Of a stretch of DNA of 47,412 bases, positions 47,301 through 47,412 are shown piece after piece (position 1 is the stretch's first letter; the number at the start of each line of letters is the position of its first letter). Under the pieces are notes generated by a model. It did no database searches, was not told the origin of the DNA, and worked only from the letters and a program-made list of their open reading frames with translations. Source of the stretch: Candidatus Roizmanbacteria bacterium RIFCSPHIGHO2_12_FULL_37_23 (GTDB lineage: Bacteria > Patescibacteriota > Microgenomatia > UBA1406 > HO2-37-13b); contig MFZX01000026.1 of assembly GCA_001788095.1 (NCBI GenBank), positions 1 through 47,412 of the forward strand, written 5' to 3'. The position numbers and the translations under genes were made by a program.

Positions 47301-47412
47301 CTGGTACTCAATTAACCATGCGTGTGAGACACTTTGGAGGAATTGTTATAGCTGACGTAACTCAGGGTCTTCCTCGTGTTGAAGAATTATTTGAGGTAAG
47401 AACACCTAAAGT
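44327..47412 (+). CDS. rpoC: DNA-directed RNA polymerase subunit beta' (truncated by the window end)
   Basis: [25 protein letters not shown], catalytic NADFDGDQ (~45974), GYLTRRL and GEPGTQLT. Confidence 0.99.
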   Translation, partial: MNNTNEQRDLQLGEFSGIKLMLASPEIIAGWSHGEVLKPETINYRTFKPEKDGLFDERIFGPTKDYECYCGKYKRIRYKGIVCDRCGVEITTSAVRRERMGHIKLATPVAHIWYFKGASSPLSILLNITANNLERIIYYALYLVKDVNEDKRKSTLEKIEEVREKELEELKVWHDAEKEKVKKEEQDAQQSAKGKVKNKEQLDLTLNEIEFKFREKYTSLTKQFADKKNEKETYFERIGKVVKNSTKLSIIEEEDYLFLKEIKAEDYAIVGMGSEVLLEVLASLDLKNEYLKVTKKLTRQKGDKRTKLLKRIRLMEAFIKSGISPQWMILVVLPVIPPDLRPVVQLAGGKFATSDLNDFYRRVINRNNRLKHLIELGAPEIILRNEKRMLQEAVDSLIDLSKSRGSKRRTIRTRALKSLSDILKGKQGRFRQNLLGKRVDYSGRSVIIVGPELKLNQCGLPKEMALELFKPFLLREIIIRGLAQNIKSAKNYLETKDPIIYDILEEITKDHPVMLNRAPTLHKLSILGFYPVLTDDYAIKLHPVVCQGYNADFDGDQMGVYVPLSKKAIEEIEDRMLPENNFLKPSDGTPILVPNKEMALGCYYLTTVNEEYKDVKDEELKFHGSENEALLAYALTTLKLRQPILVRINEKVIRTTIGRILLNQQLPEELQYINESVKAADLKGLVVQATQIFKDDEKKVADLIDRLKELGFWGATIAGGVSVSVFDCSIVKEKNLLIIEAEKKVRDIEQNYYKGLITDEEKKRMSNNIWIDTTEQIANKTWDLIEEENPVKIIIKSGGARASREQLKQLSAMKGLVIDPLGKIIEVPTKSNYREGLSIFEYIINARGARKGLIDSALKTADAGYLTRRLVDVSHDVIVREDDCKSPEGLLIEKEGERGEKFLERIRGRHLSKPLHNKNKKLLFKRNELITDAVLKEITTNGIDKVWVRSPLQCQTEYGVCLKCYGIDWSTNKMVEIGTPVGVLAAQSIGEPGTQLTMRVRHFGGIVIADVTQGLPRVEELFEVRTPK

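Noticed and set aside
1-47412. Alternative genetic code (UGA=Gly, as in Gracilibacteria/Absconditabacteria)
   Set aside because: Conserved genes (purA, rpoB, rpoC) are full-length under code 11, and TGA ends several genes at their expected positions.
1-47412. Prophage, integrase or anti-phage defence island
   Set aside because: No phage structural, integrase, nuclease or defence-family motifs were recognised in any ORF.

Overview
A gene-dense, AT-rich bacterial chromosome segment read in the standard code (TGA is a stop). Gene content, leaderless gene starts, a tRNA-Ile(UAU) and the RNA polymerase sequences suggest Patescibacteria/CPR, probably Microgenomates-like; this taxonomy is an inference. 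From left to right: tRNA-Ser; polyprenyl synthase, clusterless MutY, DinB with a likely SOS operator, NUDIX, purA, riboflavin kinase, DMT, MGMT, NUDIX and MFS; a tRNA cluster (Gly, Phe, Ile-UAU, Arg-CCG); uppP, a GT4 and a MacAB-like ABC exporter; tRNA-Cys; a ~25 kb surface-glycosylation locus (8 GT-C-type membrane transferases, 3 polyprenyl-phosphate sugar synthases, GT2/GT4 enzymes, Wzx, ugd, uxs, rmlD); a DUF948-like/YtxH pair; rpoB and a truncated rpoC. Most notable observations: (1) an intact tRNA-Arg(CCG) nested inside the anticodon loop of a second, broken tRNA-Arg; (2) the same 25-nt element inserted at the same T-arm position in two different tRNA-derived copies; (3) several families of small palindromic elements, some nested and some in-frame in proteins; (4) pervasive leaderless promoters, including two divergent genes sharing one CATG start; (5) a candidate uORF/terminator attenuator ahead of rpoB, and unusual rifampicin-pocket and trigger-loop residues.
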